A stretch of 64,000 nucleotides of DNA from Hormiphora californensis (lineage: Eukaryota > Animalia > Ctenophora), in contig CM035351.1 of NCBI GenBank assembly GCA_020137815.1, positions 9,610,001 to 9,674,000 on the forward strand. Direction: 5' to 3'. Within the stretch, counting starts at the first letter, position 1. Each line of letters starts with the position of its first letter. Positions 1 to 10,997 of the stretch are shown piece by piece. Both the position numbers and the translations under genes were made by a program. Under the pieces are notes generated by a model. That model was not told the origin of the DNA, searched no databases, and saw only the letters and a program-made list of their open reading frames with translations.

Positions 1-3000
1 GGTTGCGTAGGGTGCTGCCCCCTGTGACTTAAGTTCGAAAAACGCGGATATTTTTGGGGGTGCAACACCGAGGCGTACTTTGTGCAACTGGCCTAAAATT
101 GACTTAGCGATAAGGTTTGGTAGGGCAAGGAGGGAGCATTCTTCAAAAATGGGCTTGGTATGGCTAGGGAGCTCTCCTGTCGCTTTATCATAGTATATTA
201 TAGTCTTTCCAGACCCCATAGCTCTAATAGCCTTCTTTTGGGCGGCGAACAAGGAGGCCAATCGGTTTATTGGAATAGTTCCCCATGCCGATGCACAGTA
301 GATCAGATGCGACTCGACAAAACTACAATATATATTTTTTAGAGGTTTAGGTGGTAGTATTTTCCTTAACTTGTATAAAAGGCCTGCGTTACGCGATATT
401 TTGGAAGTGAGCGCCATTACGTGTGTACTCCAGTTTAAGTTGGCGTCGATTATGACACCCAGGAATCTGGCCTCCTGTTTAAGCTGAACTAAAGTGTCAT
501 TTAAGGACACTGCTATTTTAGAGCTCTTTTGTTTTGTGTTGTTATTGAACACGAGGAGGTTTGTTTTCTCTATGTTTAGTTTTAAGCCATTTTTAGAGAC
601 CCATGCCTGGACAGCTCGGAGTGCACGGTTGCATTTCTGCTCAAGCTCACTGTGGGTTTCAGCTGTGATTAGAAGATTCGAGTCGTCAGCGAAGATAAAA
701 AACTCAGCGAGGTCGGTTGATAGTGGTAGGTCGTTAATATAAATTAAGAAAAGAGTCGGGCCTAATACTGACCCTTGTGGCACACCATGTGAGATGAGCT
801 CCTTTTCAGAACAAAGATTGTTTACATGGACGTATTGACTTCTTTCTATTAAGTAAGATCGGAACCAGTCTAAATTTTTCCCTCTAATACCGTAGTGCTC
901 TAGTTTAGTCAGGAGGATCTCATGATCCACCATATCGAACGCTTTGCTAAAGTCTAATAGAAGTAGAGCTGCTACTTGTTTACGTTCGAGGGCCCTAATT
1001 ATGTTATATTGTGCGTCCAGTATGGCATGCTCGCAGGAGTGAGCGCCCCTGAAGCCATACTGGGAGGCAAAGAGTATGTTGTGAGTTTTTAAATGGCTAA
1101 CGAGTCGAGATTGCATCACTTTCTCATAGAGTTTTGAAAAAGCAGAAAGTAATGAAATTGGACGGTAGTTTTTTATGTCCGATTTAGACCCCCCTTTGTG
1201 CAACGGCACAATTTTTGCTATCTTTAGTTCATTAGGTACTAGTCCTTGTTCCAGTGATTTTGTAATTGCAAAACTTAAAATTCCGGACATTACATGACCT
1301 ACTGATTTCAATGGCTTTATAGATATGTCCGAGGTTGCCTTGTCTTTTAGACCCCTTATTAGGGCTGCTACTTCACTTGCTGGTACAACAGCAGATGGCA
1401 TACTTTCTTGGCAACGGTTGTTGTTTGGAATTGGATTTCCTTGACCAATATGCTCAGCAGCATTCAGCTTTATTTTATTCTTTAATTCTTGAGCAATATT
1501 TTTAAAGTAGTCATTGAACGAATTTGCTATATCACGGTTGTTGCTAAACTTTTGACCTTTGTATTCTAACTTACCAATATTAGCCCTACTTTTCGGTTTG
1601 CGATTTAATAGATCGTTTATCATTGCCCACTGTTTCTTGCTATTCGAGACATGCTCTTCGAAGTATGAGGTGTAAAATTTCTTTTTCGCGATTATGGTGT
1701 GTTTACGGACAAATTTTTTCATCTTTAGGTATTTAACTTCGTTTTCTATAATAGGGTTTTTAATGAATTTTCGGTAAAGAGAGTTTTTACGGGCGCAGGC
1801 GCATTTGAGCCAATCAAGAAGCCAGGGGCATGACTTGCGTCGCGATCTATTTTTACTTGCCTTGCGCTTTAGTAGCGGAAAATGTTTATTGTAAATTTCC
1901 TGATATTTTTCAGATATAGTATGTAGAATATTATCAGCATTTTCTAGATTTAAGATGTAGCTCCAGTCGGTAGATTCTATTTCTTGTCTGAATGTTTCCA
2001 TAGAAGCCTTATTAATGATGCGGCTAGGAGCAAGTGTGCCTACGTCTTTATGGTAAAAACTATAATTTGTAAAACGAACAAAGGTGGCTAGGTGATCTGA
2101 CAGATCGAAGTCGGAGACAATACCTGATTTAGTAATAGCTGTGCAATCGTTGCTAAAAATATGGTCAATAAGTGTAGCTGAGTGATTTGTCACTCTGGTC
2201 GGTCGCGATATTAGCTGCACAAATCCATATTCAGTAAGTTTGTCAACAAATTTTGTGCAGTAATCTGACTTTCCATATTCTAGAAGATTTATGTTGCTAT
2301 CTCCCATTAGGAAAATTCTTTTGTGTTTATCCCTACCTAGTTTAGTAAGAAGCTCCTCTATTTTCCTGGAGAACTTTAGATAGTCAGAGTTTGGAGATCT
2401 ATAATAGTTACAGACTACAATGTTTTTTTCCTTCTCCTGCTGGATCTCTATTGTAAGAAACTCACCGGAGAGGGGATCTGAACTATCGCAAAGGTTAGGC
2501 CTAATTTTCACACATTGAGGATTGCCGAGTCGCGTGTGTACGTATATGGCAAGCCCGCCCCCTCTGTTTGAAGATCTAGCTGGATGTTGTAAGAAGGGGC
2601 TGTGAAAGTTATCTAAGTGTAGCTCGTTACCACCGAAGGGAAGATTTGCTTCGTTGAGATTTGTTTCATTGAAGCAAATAATGTCAAACTTTTGATAGAA
2701 TTCTATATTTTCCCTAATATTAGCTATGTTGTGTGTAAGCGATCTAATATTAGAAGATAGGATTTGTATCTGTTTACTTAGGTTACCTTTAATACGGTCA
2801 GAAGGAGTGTAATTACATGAGTCTAGTACTGAGGACGGTAGTTGCCATGCACCCATATCAGTTGATATATGTGCATCACTATCGAACTCAGCTACATACG
2901 TCGCGGCATGTTTTTTAGCGTAGGGGTTGAACGCGGTTTCCAGTTTGACGAAACTGGAGGTGGTTTTAGATATAATATCCCCAGGAAAAATATTTTGGTG

Positions 3001-3429
3001 GCACGATTTACATCCTAATGTCCCCAAGGAACAACTATTATGGACAGACATCTCACAAATCCAGCATGTGGTTAATTTGTATCTATTTCCTAGTTTTTGA
3101 CAGACATTACACGGCTTAGTGGTATTTAGTATCTTTGAGTGGCCGCGGGTTTCAGATACAGTAAGATTTAGGCATGTAAGAGGTAGCATATCTAGGGTGC
3201 AAGTCTCGCATGTCCAGTGCTGAGTTAAATTTAGATTTGAGAGTTGTTGTATGTCTGTTGGAGTAAGAGAAGCACACTTACTATGCTGAGTAGTCCCACA
3301 TAGAGAGCATGTTATACTCGGTTTGTGGGGTAAACATTTTTTTGAACATTTTTTACATTTGTCGTGTTCACTTAGAAATTTAGTTAGTGTTTGATTAATG
3401 GCGGATAATAATAAGAAAAAATTTGGTAG
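1..3429 (-). CDS. LINE ORF2: two PHD-like zinc fingers + APE endonuclease + reverse transcriptase (partial, runs off window)
   Basis: Manual translation shows CKKC..CSLCGTTQHSKC..WTCETC and CNVC..CWICEMSVHNSC..CKSC; APE motifs MGDSNIN, RPTRVTNHSATLIDHIF, SDHLA; RT motifs NYRPISLL, LDFSKAFD, GVPQGSVLGPTLFLIYINDLP, FADD. Its absence from the ORF track fits a frame with no stop before position 1. Confidence 0.93.
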
Positions 3430-3763
3430 TTAGGCACGGAATGAGAAAGCGGGTGAGGCTTTTTGTACACGCCGTGTCTACCTACTGCGGTGTATTTTCT
3501 GTAGAGATAAGCAGAATGAATAAGTTGGCTATTGTATTTAAATTGTTGTTTCGGGCCTGGTTAGCTTTTTAATAGATAAGTGTGAAGCAGAATTTGTTTG
3601 TTAATTCAGAGAAATTGGGGGATTCGGAGAGAGGGGAAGTAGTATAGTAGAGAATCAAGCCGAGCAGAAAGCGACCGAAAAGCAGCGGTGTGTGTAGTTT
3701 TGTCATGTTGTCAGGTGAGACGTGCACTGAGGTTGTGTGATGGGTGGTTAACATCGATGTCTA

Positions 3764-5506
3764 TCAAAAACGTAAGTGGGTTGGAATACCCAGACGGCCC
3801 CAGAACTCTGGTCGTAAGTCCCAACATCGCCTCTCAGTACATTCAAAAAATAAGAAACTTAACAAACTTTTCCTTATAATAGATTCTAAGTGTGTCTGGG
3901 CTGTCAGCGACAGGTGGATCCCATTCCCTCGCGGACTGAGAATCGGGGGGCCACCAGCTTTCCAGAACTTGGTGGCGGACCAGTGGGTGTCGAGAAAGCG
4001 GAGGTTCGGAAGGGAGCGCGAGAAGTCGAACACCAAATTGTTTATGCTATTTATCTCCCGGTTTAGCCACGGGCCTACTCTGTTCTCGGCGGTATCTAGG
4101 ACAGAGTTAAAGACAAATAGGGTATCAGCGTAGGTAGAGCTCAATCTTGAGAGAATTGGACGAATGTGATTGAACAGAGAGTATCCCCGTTCCCCGTATC
4201 GGGACAGGTCATTGATTCCGGAGCTAATGAACACAATGTCTGTGTTTCTAAATAAATGTTCGTACTGTTCCAGATGGGTGAGCTGATAGAGCCGCCGATA
4301 GACCACCTGTACACCCTTACCCCACTTCAGTTGAGCTCCAAGACCGTTGTAGATGGAGTCAGTTAGAATTAGCACCCTCTTTGGTGGGGTTACAGGTACC
4401 TCGGTCGGTTCCCTTACAGGAGGGATGATTGTTCTAGTGCTAGCTGGGGTGATTTTCCTAAAAGTGAGTGACACACGAGACCCCACGGTTCCATCCGCCG
4501 GGATAGAGTGTTCCCAGTGACGTTGACTGGATTTGGTCATAGAATAAACGGAGCCATTACCTAACTCTATTTCACGCGACTGTTTGGGCCCCGTTATACT
4601 CCTAAAGTGTAATGAGCGGGACTGGCCAATGGAGACACACACAATCTCCGAGTCATCCTCAATTTCGAGTTCATCGTCGCTGTGGAAGGGGATGGATGAC
4701 TCACCGGATGGGTAGAAATTTAGGAGGCAGCTCCATGTTGGAGAGAAGCCATCTATCAGGTTACTTAGTTGCGCCTGGATAGATGGTATGATACCGGAGG
4801 CCGGGAAGGGTTGGGCGGTGTGTGTCTTTCCCCCATATGTGTAGTTCTCCGGCCCAAAACTACAGACATACCTAGTTCCTTCTCTGTCCAAATGTAGCCC
4901 GGCGGTTACAGATTCCGGAGAAATATCAGCATCAATATCAATTGCACACAACACTCTTACCGGATCGATGCTTGTGGGTGTGGGGTCAGTGGCTGCAGCG
5001 GCTAGCGTTCGTGGAGTATCGTCCGTATGTAAGGGGAGAGAGACTGGGTTAGTTGTTGAAGTCGCTGTTGTTGTCGTGTGTGTCTCTGTTTGTGTCCCAA
5101 TAGACATCATTCTCGGGGCAGGATTGCCTGGCAGGCTAAGTCTCTTTCTCATGGGGGTTGAAATAGCAGAGGGGGCGAACATAGCGGCTGTAGGGGCAGA
5201 CATAGACATATCACGTCTAGTGGCACTCATTAACTCATCTACATCCTCAATTAAAATGTCTATTGCAGATTTCTCAATTAAAGTGTCTATTATATCTGTA
5301 GTAACATCTGCTTCCTCTTTCCTATCTCTGTGCAGTATCTCCTTCATCTCGTTCCTACGTAGTAGTCGTGTTTCTCTGTCGGTCGGAAGATCTACCTCAC
5401 CTGGTATAGGAGTGGGTGCCAGGGTGGTATCAGAGGGCGTGGTTGACAAATGGGCAACCAGCCCTGGCGGCCCAGTCTCTTGGTGTTGCTGCGATGCGGT
5501 CATCAT
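3764..5506 (-). CDS. LINE ORF1: AlkB-like 2OG-Fe(II) dioxygenase domain fused to SGNH/GDSL esterase-like domain
   Basis: AlkB motifs LNFY..SIPFHSDDE..VSIG..GSVYSM..WEHSIP..RVSLTFR (HxD, H, Rx5R). SGNH-like blocks VLILTDSI, SSGINDL, GNGIHL. Confidence 0.88.
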   Translation of the reverse strand: MMTASQQHQETGPPGLVAHLSTTPSDTTLAPTPIPGEVDLPTDRETRLLRRNEMKEILHRDRKEEADVTTDIIDTLIEKSAIDILIEDVDELMSATRRDMSMSAPTAAMFAPSAISTPMRKRLSLPGNPAPRMMSIGTQTETHTTTTATSTTNPVSLPLHTDDTPRTLAAAATDPTPTSIDPVRVLCAIDIDADISPESVTAGLHLDREGTRYVCSFGPENYTYGGKTHTAQPFPASGIIPSIQAQLSNLIDGFSPTWSCLLNFYPSGESSIPFHSDDELEIEDDSEIVCVSIGQSRSLHFRSITGPKQSREIELGNGSVYSMTKSSQRHWEHSIPADGTVGSRVSLTFRKITPASTRTIIPPVREPTEVPVTPPKRVLILTDSIYNGLGAQLKWGKGVQVVYRRLYQLTHLEQYEHLFRNTDIVFISSGINDLSRYGERGYSLFNHIRPILSRLSSTYADTLFVFNSVLDTAENRVGPWLNREINSINNLVFDFSRSLPNLRFLDTHWSATKFWKAGGPPILSPRGNGIHLSLTAQTHLESIIRKSLLSFLFFECTERRCWDLRPEFWGRLGIPTHLRF

Positions 5507-5636
5507 GCTCGGCGAGTTATCTTACTATTCGATCGCGATTGATAAGAGCAACATACAAGAGATGAGAGAAGTTGAAGTGGACTAATCACTAGATCCCCAC
5601 TAAAACACACACTAACCCTATATTCCTGCCCCTCAG

Positions 5637-6144
5637 TATGCCCAAGCATTGCCGAACGAGCAGTCCACCCTGAGATTTGTGAGTCTGGCGGAGTGCATGT
5701 TAGAGCAGACCCTGACATCACGGGAGAATGGACGATACAGCTACGATTCTCTTCACCTCGCTAAAGACTACCTAAACAAGGTACTAGTGGAGAGAGATAG
5801 ATAGAGAGATAGAGAGAGGGGATAGTGTTGCCTAGTAGTTAGTACCAAACAAGGCAACAATAGTAAAGAGATGTGTTCAACTTACATCTCTTTGATTCAT
5901 CTCCCGTTTAGATTTCTCCTGCGTCTTCTATCTTTCTAGTGTTTGTCACTCTACATGTCTAATATCAATTAGTTAACCTGCAGTGTGTATCAGCTCTTTC
6001 TATAGCTTGTCATCTGCATGGAGGCGTGTGAGGTACATCTCATTATATTGACAGTTTTAGTAGCTGTCGCCCACATACTCTTTCCCTTCATTTCTCTCTT
6101 TTCTCGCTCTCTTACTCTCTTTTCCCTCTCATTCCTTCTCTCTT

Positions 6145-6237
<93 letters not shown>

Positions 6238-6695
6238 TCTCTCTCTCCCTTTCTAGCTTTTCTCCATCTCTCTCGCTCTCTCCCACTCTCTCACACATAC
6301 TACCCTCGCCACTGAAACTACATAACGGTCTATACTCTACATTTCTTGCATTTCCTGTGGATCATATTAGAATGTGCCAGTTTTGTGGTTTGATTGGTTG
6401 TTGTGCTCCCACCCTGCCTCACTCCCATTCTGTAGAGGTAACCATGGCGGTAACCCCATTAATTCTTGCATGTAACCATGGTTACCGTACTAAACCTACT
6501 GATGATCTGTCTGTAACCATGGTAACCCCACTAATTACATGTAACCACAGGCACTGGCCCACCAAGACAAGACGAACCAGAGTTACAAAGAAGCTATACT
6601 TCTCCAAGCTAAGATGTTCTATGTTCAGGGAAAGTTCCAAGAGTGCCTTGATACCCTCTCTCAGGTTTGTAACACTTGATTGTTCTCTCTCTCTA

Positions 6696-6763
<68 letters not shown>

Positions 6764-9700
6764 CACCACAACTCCATCCCCATTTAGGTAGACCTCGATT
6801 TGATGAAGAAAGAGTGTCTGAGTTTCAATGTGAGTCGGGCCCTCGCTGATGCCTATGTGTATAAGGGCATGTCTATGGAACAACTCCGTGAACTACTCTC
6901 CGCTTCTATAGAGGTATGTAATGCAGCCTCATTATATGCCTAGAGGTATGCAGCTAGTGCAGCATCATTAGTTTTGTAGATTGGTATAACAGTGCCGCTA
7001 TATCCTAGTGGACTGCTTCATGTAGTCCCCTCCCCCCACAGATTGAGGGTATAATTGAGTGTTACGAGAGTGCTGCAGATCTAGGGTTGGCCCTAATGGG
7101 CAGTACTACTAGAAGTAGTTTCAATCTAACCCTTAGTGGAGTACTAGAGATGGCTCTACTGAGATCCATCCTTCTCCAGATGAAACACGGACAGGTAATA
7201 ACACCAGCACGCTGGTTCTACACTGTTGATCATGTCTAATCGTGATGTTACTAACCTCCTTGTTACCCCCTTCCTAACACCCCCCCCCCCTGGCAGGTTG
7301 ACAAGGGTCTAGCTAGACTAAGGAGGGTCCTACAACTAGCTGATGTACAGGGTCTGGATGGACTCCGTGTGAAACTGTGTATAACACTTGGTCAGGTACT
7401 GATACAGGGTGTCCCAGATACAGCATGGCCCCCAATTGTATCTAGAGACTCACCTACAGTGGATGGTATGCCAAAGATAGGACCCAGTAAGGGTCGTGCC
7501 ACCCCTATCCAGAAGAAGTACGAGAGTATGTTCTGTCCCTGCAACAAGGCAGAGGAGGCTCTACTTATCTTACTGATAGGACAGGTAATGATGATCCCTC
7601 TTTTACTGTCACATCCAGTCCAATGGTAACCATAGTGATACCCCCTCCCACAGGCACTGTTGGTCATAACACACCCTCCCACAGGCACTATTGCTCATAA
7701 CACACCCTCCCACAGGCACTGTTGTATAAGGAGGGTTGTGTAAGTCTACACGAGGAGGACGCTGTGATGTGTGCCCAAACTAACAGACAGACCCACTCCC
7801 TACTAAACATGATGGTGTTGCTAATGGGACGGTTTGGACAGTACAGGGCCCTAGCTGACACTCTGGAGAAGTTCCTAAAGTTTAGCTATGAGGTAGGTAA
7901 TACAGGGTCCCCCTGATGGATCCTAGTAGTTCTGTATAATAGAAGAATAGGTAGAAGGAGCATTAGTGATTAGCTTCGATAGTTCCTTTATATTAACAAA
8001 TGGGCACTCGGCTAAAGCAACCCAAATCACCCTGAAATGGCGGGAAGCCAGTTACTAGATGACAAGTCTTTATATCTTCCAGGATCTCCACATTTGTAAG
8101 CAGTTTGGTTTGGCATTACTCTCCTCGGGGCAATACTCTAGAGGTGCAGCTGTGTTGGAGAAGTGTCACGAGGCTAAAGCAGACATTCCTATCGCCCTGA
8201 CTATTGCTAAGGTATAACAGCGCCCCCAGACATATAATACCACACTGATTCTTTCCCACTAACCAATTTCTCCCCCGCAGACCTACATCAACCATCTACA
8301 AAGGTATGAGAAGGCTATATCCATCTGTACCGCATGTTTGGATATGGATTCCAAGCATCTCCGGAGCAGGCTATACCTATATAAGGGGATAGCAGAGGCT
8401 GCTCTAACCCGATCTACCGGCCAGCGTACCACAGTGAACAGTTACAGCAAAGCAGCAGTTGAATCACTGTACAAGGCCTACTCTCTAGACCCTAACTGCC
8501 CCCACATTCTCTATCACCTGGCACTAAGACTTGCTACCGTAGGAGAGATTAGAAAGAGTGTCCGGTAAGTTTTCATTATAATATAACAAGTCCCAGCTTT
8601 TGCAAAACGGTGTTGTCATTAATATGAGGTAGACATTACCATAACATTACCCAACTACTCTACTTCAGGTTTGCTAGAAAGGTGGCTGAGAACCCAGGGG
8701 TGGTCCAGATGGCCGATATAGCCCACTTGTTAGCCCTGCTATTCTCTGCACAACACAAGGGAGAAGAGGCTCTCTCTATTGTGGAACTGTATCTCATTGA
8801 CTACCCTGACAACCTCAACCTTCTAATAACCAGGTATTTTAGTGACAATCTCTTCATCACCACCAGGCCAGGTCTCTAGCGGTGATGATATATCTTGGTA
8901 AGCTCTAACTAACCCATCCCTCATCTAGAGTGTTACTAGAGAGGGTAGTAGATGGGCCTGCTAAAGCACTGGTGACATGTAAAGAGGTCCTGATACCACT
9001 GATTGAGAGACTATCAGGGGGCATGCCAAGAGATGACCAGACATTCCTACCTTACTCTGATCAATGGACATCAGGTACTAAGATCAGTAGTTTTCTTGGC
9101 CCCTCCCCTGGTTCACTCCACCCCTATTATCTCCCCTAACCTCACCCTATTATTCCCCTAACCTCCCCAGGAAAGTTCCAGTTGACACAGTGGAGTGACA
9201 GGGTCAGTACCCACACTCCACCCCTATTATCTCCCCTAACCTCTCCGGAGTGACAGGGTCAGTACCCACACTCCACCCCTATTATCTCCCCTAACCTCTC
9301 CAGGAAAGTTCCAGTTTACACAGTGGAGTGACAGGGTCGGTACCCACACTCCACCCCTATTATCTCCCCTAACCTCCCCAGGAAAGTTCCAGTTGACACA
9401 GTGGAGTGACAGGGACAGTACCCACACTCCACCCCTATTATCTCCCCTAACCTCACCCTATTATCTCCCCTAACCTCTCCAGGAAAGTTCCAGTTGACAC
9501 AGTGGAGTGACAGGGTCAGTACCCACACTCCACCCCTATTATCTCCCCTAACCTCCCCAGGAAAGTTCCAATTGACACAGTGGAGTGACAGGGTCAGTAC
9601 CCACACTCCACCCCTATTATCTCCCCTAACCTCTCCAGGAAAGTTCCAGTTGACACAGTGGAGTGACAGGGTCAGTACCCACACTCCACCCCTATTATCT

Positions 9701-10747
9701 CCCCTAACCTCTCCAGGAAAGTTCCAGTTGACACAGTGGAGTGACAGGGTTAGTACCCACACGACAGCCAGTTTTAGTGGCAGTACAATGGGCACCCTGC
9801 CCGCAGAGAGTATTAGTGAGAGCATTGATAGTGCAGTGGGATGTGATCAGAGCAACTGGGGCTCCCAGGTAAACAACCTATCATGCAGTCCAACCATTTC
9901 ACACAACTCACAGGTAAACTCACACTATTATACAGCCATTCAACACAACTTGTCTCTCATAACACTGCCCTCTCCGAACCGGGCCTTCGGCGCGAAGAAA
10001 CTTTCTTGTGCTAGTACGACAACCACAACTAACACATGTATCACTATCAGGCTGAAGTGTGGTATACAATAGCTGATGTATTCCTATCTGATGGAATGTT
10101 ACCTGACTCACAGAAGTGTGTAGACGAGGTCCGACAACTATTCCCCCTCTCTCACCTTGTCTCCTACATGAATGGGAGGATTCGGGAGGCAGAGGGTAAG
10201 TGTTGCTGATTGAGAAGTATTCCCTTTAGATATATCAAGGGTTACCCCGCCTTCTTGGGGTTACAACCTCTTCCAGATAACTGATATATAATGTTAACAT
10301 TGCATCTCTCTCTCACTAGGTCAGCTGGATGAGGCAGAACAGCAGTATATCAACTCCGTAACTCTCTCACCCCGTCATGTCCCCTCTCTAGTAGCCCTTG
10401 GACGACTACAGATAGATCTTGGGAAGCCTCTACTTGCTGAACACTACCTCACTGAGGCTACAAAGGCAAAGGTAGTTCTACTTTGTTAGTTTCCTTTGTG
10501 TTACACAGTGTATTATAGTGCTCGTGTTTTTAGATGTCGTTTCCTTCATACTATGTGCTTTGTTGTTTCTCTCACTACTATATACCTCTACATCTAGCCG
10601 GACCAGTTTGAAGCATGGCACCACCTAGGTTTACTGCACCAGGGACAGGAGAACCATCAACAAGCTACTGAGTGTTTCCTGACATCACTCCGTTTCGAGT
10701 CTACCTCCCCCATCCGACCCTACACTGTGCTACAATGGAAAATCTGA
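5637..10747 (+). CDS. TTC7: Tetratricopeptide repeat protein 7-like (multi-exon; first exon probably upstream of the window)
   Basis: Exons translate to FVSLAECMLEQ, FCPCNKAEEALLILLIGQ, HLLALLFSAQH, LIDYPDNLNLL and C-terminal AWHHLG..ATECFLTSLRFESTSPIRPY, resembling TTC7A/B. Introns are GT-AG. Confidence 0.82.
6130..6250. repeat. (CT)n microsatellite in TTC7 intron (second tract ~6685-6760)
   Basis: Directly visible. Confidence 0.95.
7641..7722 (+). repeat. 3 x 31-bp tandem copies of a 3' splice site + exon start (TTC7)
   Basis: Unit acaccctcccacag|GCACTrTTG..cataac. The last copy continues into the exon ALLYKEG. Confidence 0.85.
9115..9760 (+). repeat. ~7-8 x 78-bp tandem copies of a 3' splice site + exon start (TTC7)
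   Basis: Unit ccctattatctcccctaacctctccag|GAAAGTTCCAGTTGACACAGTGGAGTGACAGGGTCAGTACCCACAC. The last copy runs into unique exon sequence. Confidence 0.9.
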
Positions 10748-10997
10748 AGAACTGTTAATTTGTTATATTTGCTTGTTACTTATACTGTGTTTGTTGATTC
10801 TGTAAATTTATTCCTAAAGTTTTTTTTTTCGCTGGAACGATTCTGCATGCTGCGTCAAATACGTGTATAATTGTCTAATTTCTCTCCCCCTATAAATCCT
10901 TAACTTTATTTGCCCAGCCCATTAACCAGCCCCCTCTGTCTAGCAATGCATGCTCAGTTATAGTGTTAGAAGATCAGTAGTCAAAACAGCTGCAAGG

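Larger units (their letters stand above)
1..5583 (-). mobile_element. Non-LTR retrotransposon (CR1/L2-group LINE), two ORFs, 3' end beyond window
   Basis: Minus strand has ORF1 (3764-5506), then a long frame with AP-endonuclease and RT motifs. The 5' end abuts a host intron branch point and acceptor (ctaac...cctcag, 5612-5636). Confidence 0.93.

Noticed and set aside
4968-5585. 205-aa + strand ORF
   Set aside because: Antisense shadow of LINE ORF1 with no recognisable motifs.
5990-6883. ORFs with ER/SL runs (also 27311-28431, 31598-31792, 45487-46389, 50035-50241)
   Set aside because: Translations of microsatellites.
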